Assembly: GCA_011364925.1 (NCBI GenBank)
Contig: RDOA01000063.1
Span: 1 to 17,879, forward strand
Direction: 5' to 3'
Length of the DNA: 17,879 nucleotides
Source: Promethearchaeota archaeon
GTDB taxonomy: Archaea; Asgardarchaeota; Lokiarchaeia; Sigyniarchaeales; SOKP01
The translations under genes were made by a program, and so were the position numbers. The notes under the pieces were generated by a model. The model worked only from the letters and a program-made list of their open reading frames with translations. It did no database searches and was not told where the DNA came from. Numbering within the stretch: the stretch's first letter is position 1; each line of letters begins with the position of its first letter. Below, piece by piece: positions 16,943 to 17,879 of this stretch.

Positions 16943-17140
16943 ATGTCATTTAAAATCGAAGTTGATATGGACGCTTGTAGTGGTTGCGGTACATGCTATG
17001 AAGTATGCCCAAGTGAATGCTTTGGAGAACCAGAAGGTGGAAAGGTTAATATTATTGAGGAAAACAGGGATGACTGCGTAGGATGTAGGGCTTGTGAAAC
17101 CCAATGTGAAGAAGAAGCTATTACCATCACAGAGGAGTAG
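16943..17140 (+). CDS. fdx: 2[4Fe-4S] ferredoxin, copy 1 (65 aa)
   Basis: CSGCGTCYEVCP and CVGCRACETQC; start set at ATG 16943 by alignment to copy 2. Confidence 0.93.
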   Translation: MSFKIEVDMDACSGCGTCYEVCPSECFGEPEGGKVNIIEENRDDCVGCRACETQCEEEAITITEE

Positions 17141-17158
17141 TCTGATCTTAGAAACATA

Positions 17159-17190
17159 GGTTTTTTTTTATTAATCTTTTTTTTATTTTT
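17159..17190 (+). terminator. Oligo-T terminator of ferredoxin 1
   Basis: Long T-runs about 20 nt after the stop. Confidence 0.55.
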
Positions 17191-17198
17191 ATAGTTGA

Positions 17199-17282
17199 TT
17201 ATTTGAGCATTTCAATGTTCTCTAATGGAATCCAACCTGATTTCCCGTTTTTAGTTATAGCCCAAATCCAACCAGGCCATTC
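17199..17282 (-). pseudogene. 3' remnant of an SH3-domain gene
   Basis: Translates as EWPGWIWAITKNGKSGWIPLENIEMLK*; no start codon upstream before an in-frame TAA. Confidence 0.65.
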
Positions 17283-17295
17283 GCAAGCCTTTAAG

Positions 17296-17335
17296 AGAAA
17301 TTTAAATCTTTTACATAATTCTGATAAACAAAGTT
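17296..17335 (+). promoter_or_regulatory. 40-bp conserved upstream element, copy 2
   Basis: 39/40 identical to 16844-16883; ends 62 nt before the ferredoxin 2 ATG. Confidence 0.7.
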
Positions 17336-17396
17336 AATTGTTCTATGATCTAAAAATTAAATAATTTTGAAATAGAAAAGTATAGGAGTTAAGGAA

Positions 17397-17594
17397 ATGA
17401 GTTTTAAAATTAAACTAGACTTAGATAATTGTACTGGTTGTGGAACTTGCTACGAAGTTTGCCCAAGTGAATGTTTTGGCGAACCAGAAGGCGGAAAAGT
17501 AAATGTGATCGAAGAAAATAGAGATGATTGTGTCGGTTGCAGAGCATGTGAAACCCAGTGCCCTGAGGAAGTAATTGAAATTATCGAGGAATAG
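17397..17594 (+). CDS. fdx: 2[4Fe-4S] ferredoxin, copy 2 (65 aa)
   Basis: CTGCGTCYEVCP and CVGCRACETQCP; SD-like AGGAG upstream. Confidence 0.95.
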   Translation: MSFKIKLDLDNCTGCGTCYEVCPSECFGEPEGGKVNVIEENRDDCVGCRACETQCPEEVIEIIEE

Positions 17595-17616
17595 ACATTA
17601 AATAACTTTCATAGAT

Positions 17617-17658
17617 TTTTCAGCTTTTTTTTTTAATAATCTTTTATTTGTTTTTTTA
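17617..17658 (+). terminator. Oligo-T terminator of ferredoxin 2
   Basis: Several T-runs after the stop. Confidence 0.5.
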
Positions 17659-17693
17659 TAATATTATCTTCTATTACTTTATATTATATTAGT

Positions 17694-17715
17694 TCGTGAA
17701 ACCCGCCTTTCACGA
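17694..17715. repeat. Perfect 8-bp inverted repeat TCGTGAAA-CCCGCC-TTTCACGA
   Basis: Read directly from the sequence. Confidence 0.65.
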
Positions 17716-17879
17716 TCAATTGTATATATCAGGGAGATATCTAGAAATACAAGAAGATATTACAAAATGATTCAAAAAGTAAACATGTTATAGATCAGCA
17801 CATAAAAATACAATTAATTCTTTAATGTAAATTAAAACTTCTTTGAGTCGAATCGTTTCATTTACACCATGAGAATTTG

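Noticed and set aside
16896-17081. 61-aa alternative-frame ORF, and the extended 16898 start of ferredoxin 1
   Set aside because: Overlaps the ferredoxin out of frame; the paralog alignment places the real start at 16943
16844-17335. 40-bp direct repeat as a CRISPR repeat or att/IS ends
   Set aside because: Only two copies 452 bp apart, each at the same distance from a paralogous gene; no cas, integrase or transposase nearby
17768-17879. Short ORFs at the right edge (plus-strand MIQKVNML*; an open minus-strand frame entering from the edge)
   Set aside because: Too short or truncated to support a call

Overview
Archaeal window, AT-rich; the protein style suggests Asgard/Lokiarchaeia (inference). 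The core (2323-11808, minus strand) is the S10-distal/spc ribosomal cluster: uS19-uL22-uS3-uL29-rnp1-uS17-uL14-uL24-eS4-uL5-uS14-uS8-uL6-eL32-eL19-uL18-uS5-uL30-uL15, with no SUI1 inside it and no secY after it. Left flank: an atypical, N- and C-extended PCNA paralog and an ECF S-component. Right flank: ribokinase, a mannose-6-P-isomerase-type cupin, a DPM2/PIG-P-like two-TM protein, a class II glutamine amidotransferase, an FG-GAP/WD40-like propeller, a 4-TM protein and two tandem 2[4Fe-4S] ferredoxins. Most notable: (1) uS8 and uL15 both appear to start at a non-canonical ATA behind a strong SD; (2) a candidate structured leader RNA upstream of uS19; (3) the DPM2/PIG-P-like protein; (4) a 40-bp near-identical element ahead of both ferredoxins, with an antisense SH3-like gene remnant between them. 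Family assignments come from recalled motifs; no database searches were run.
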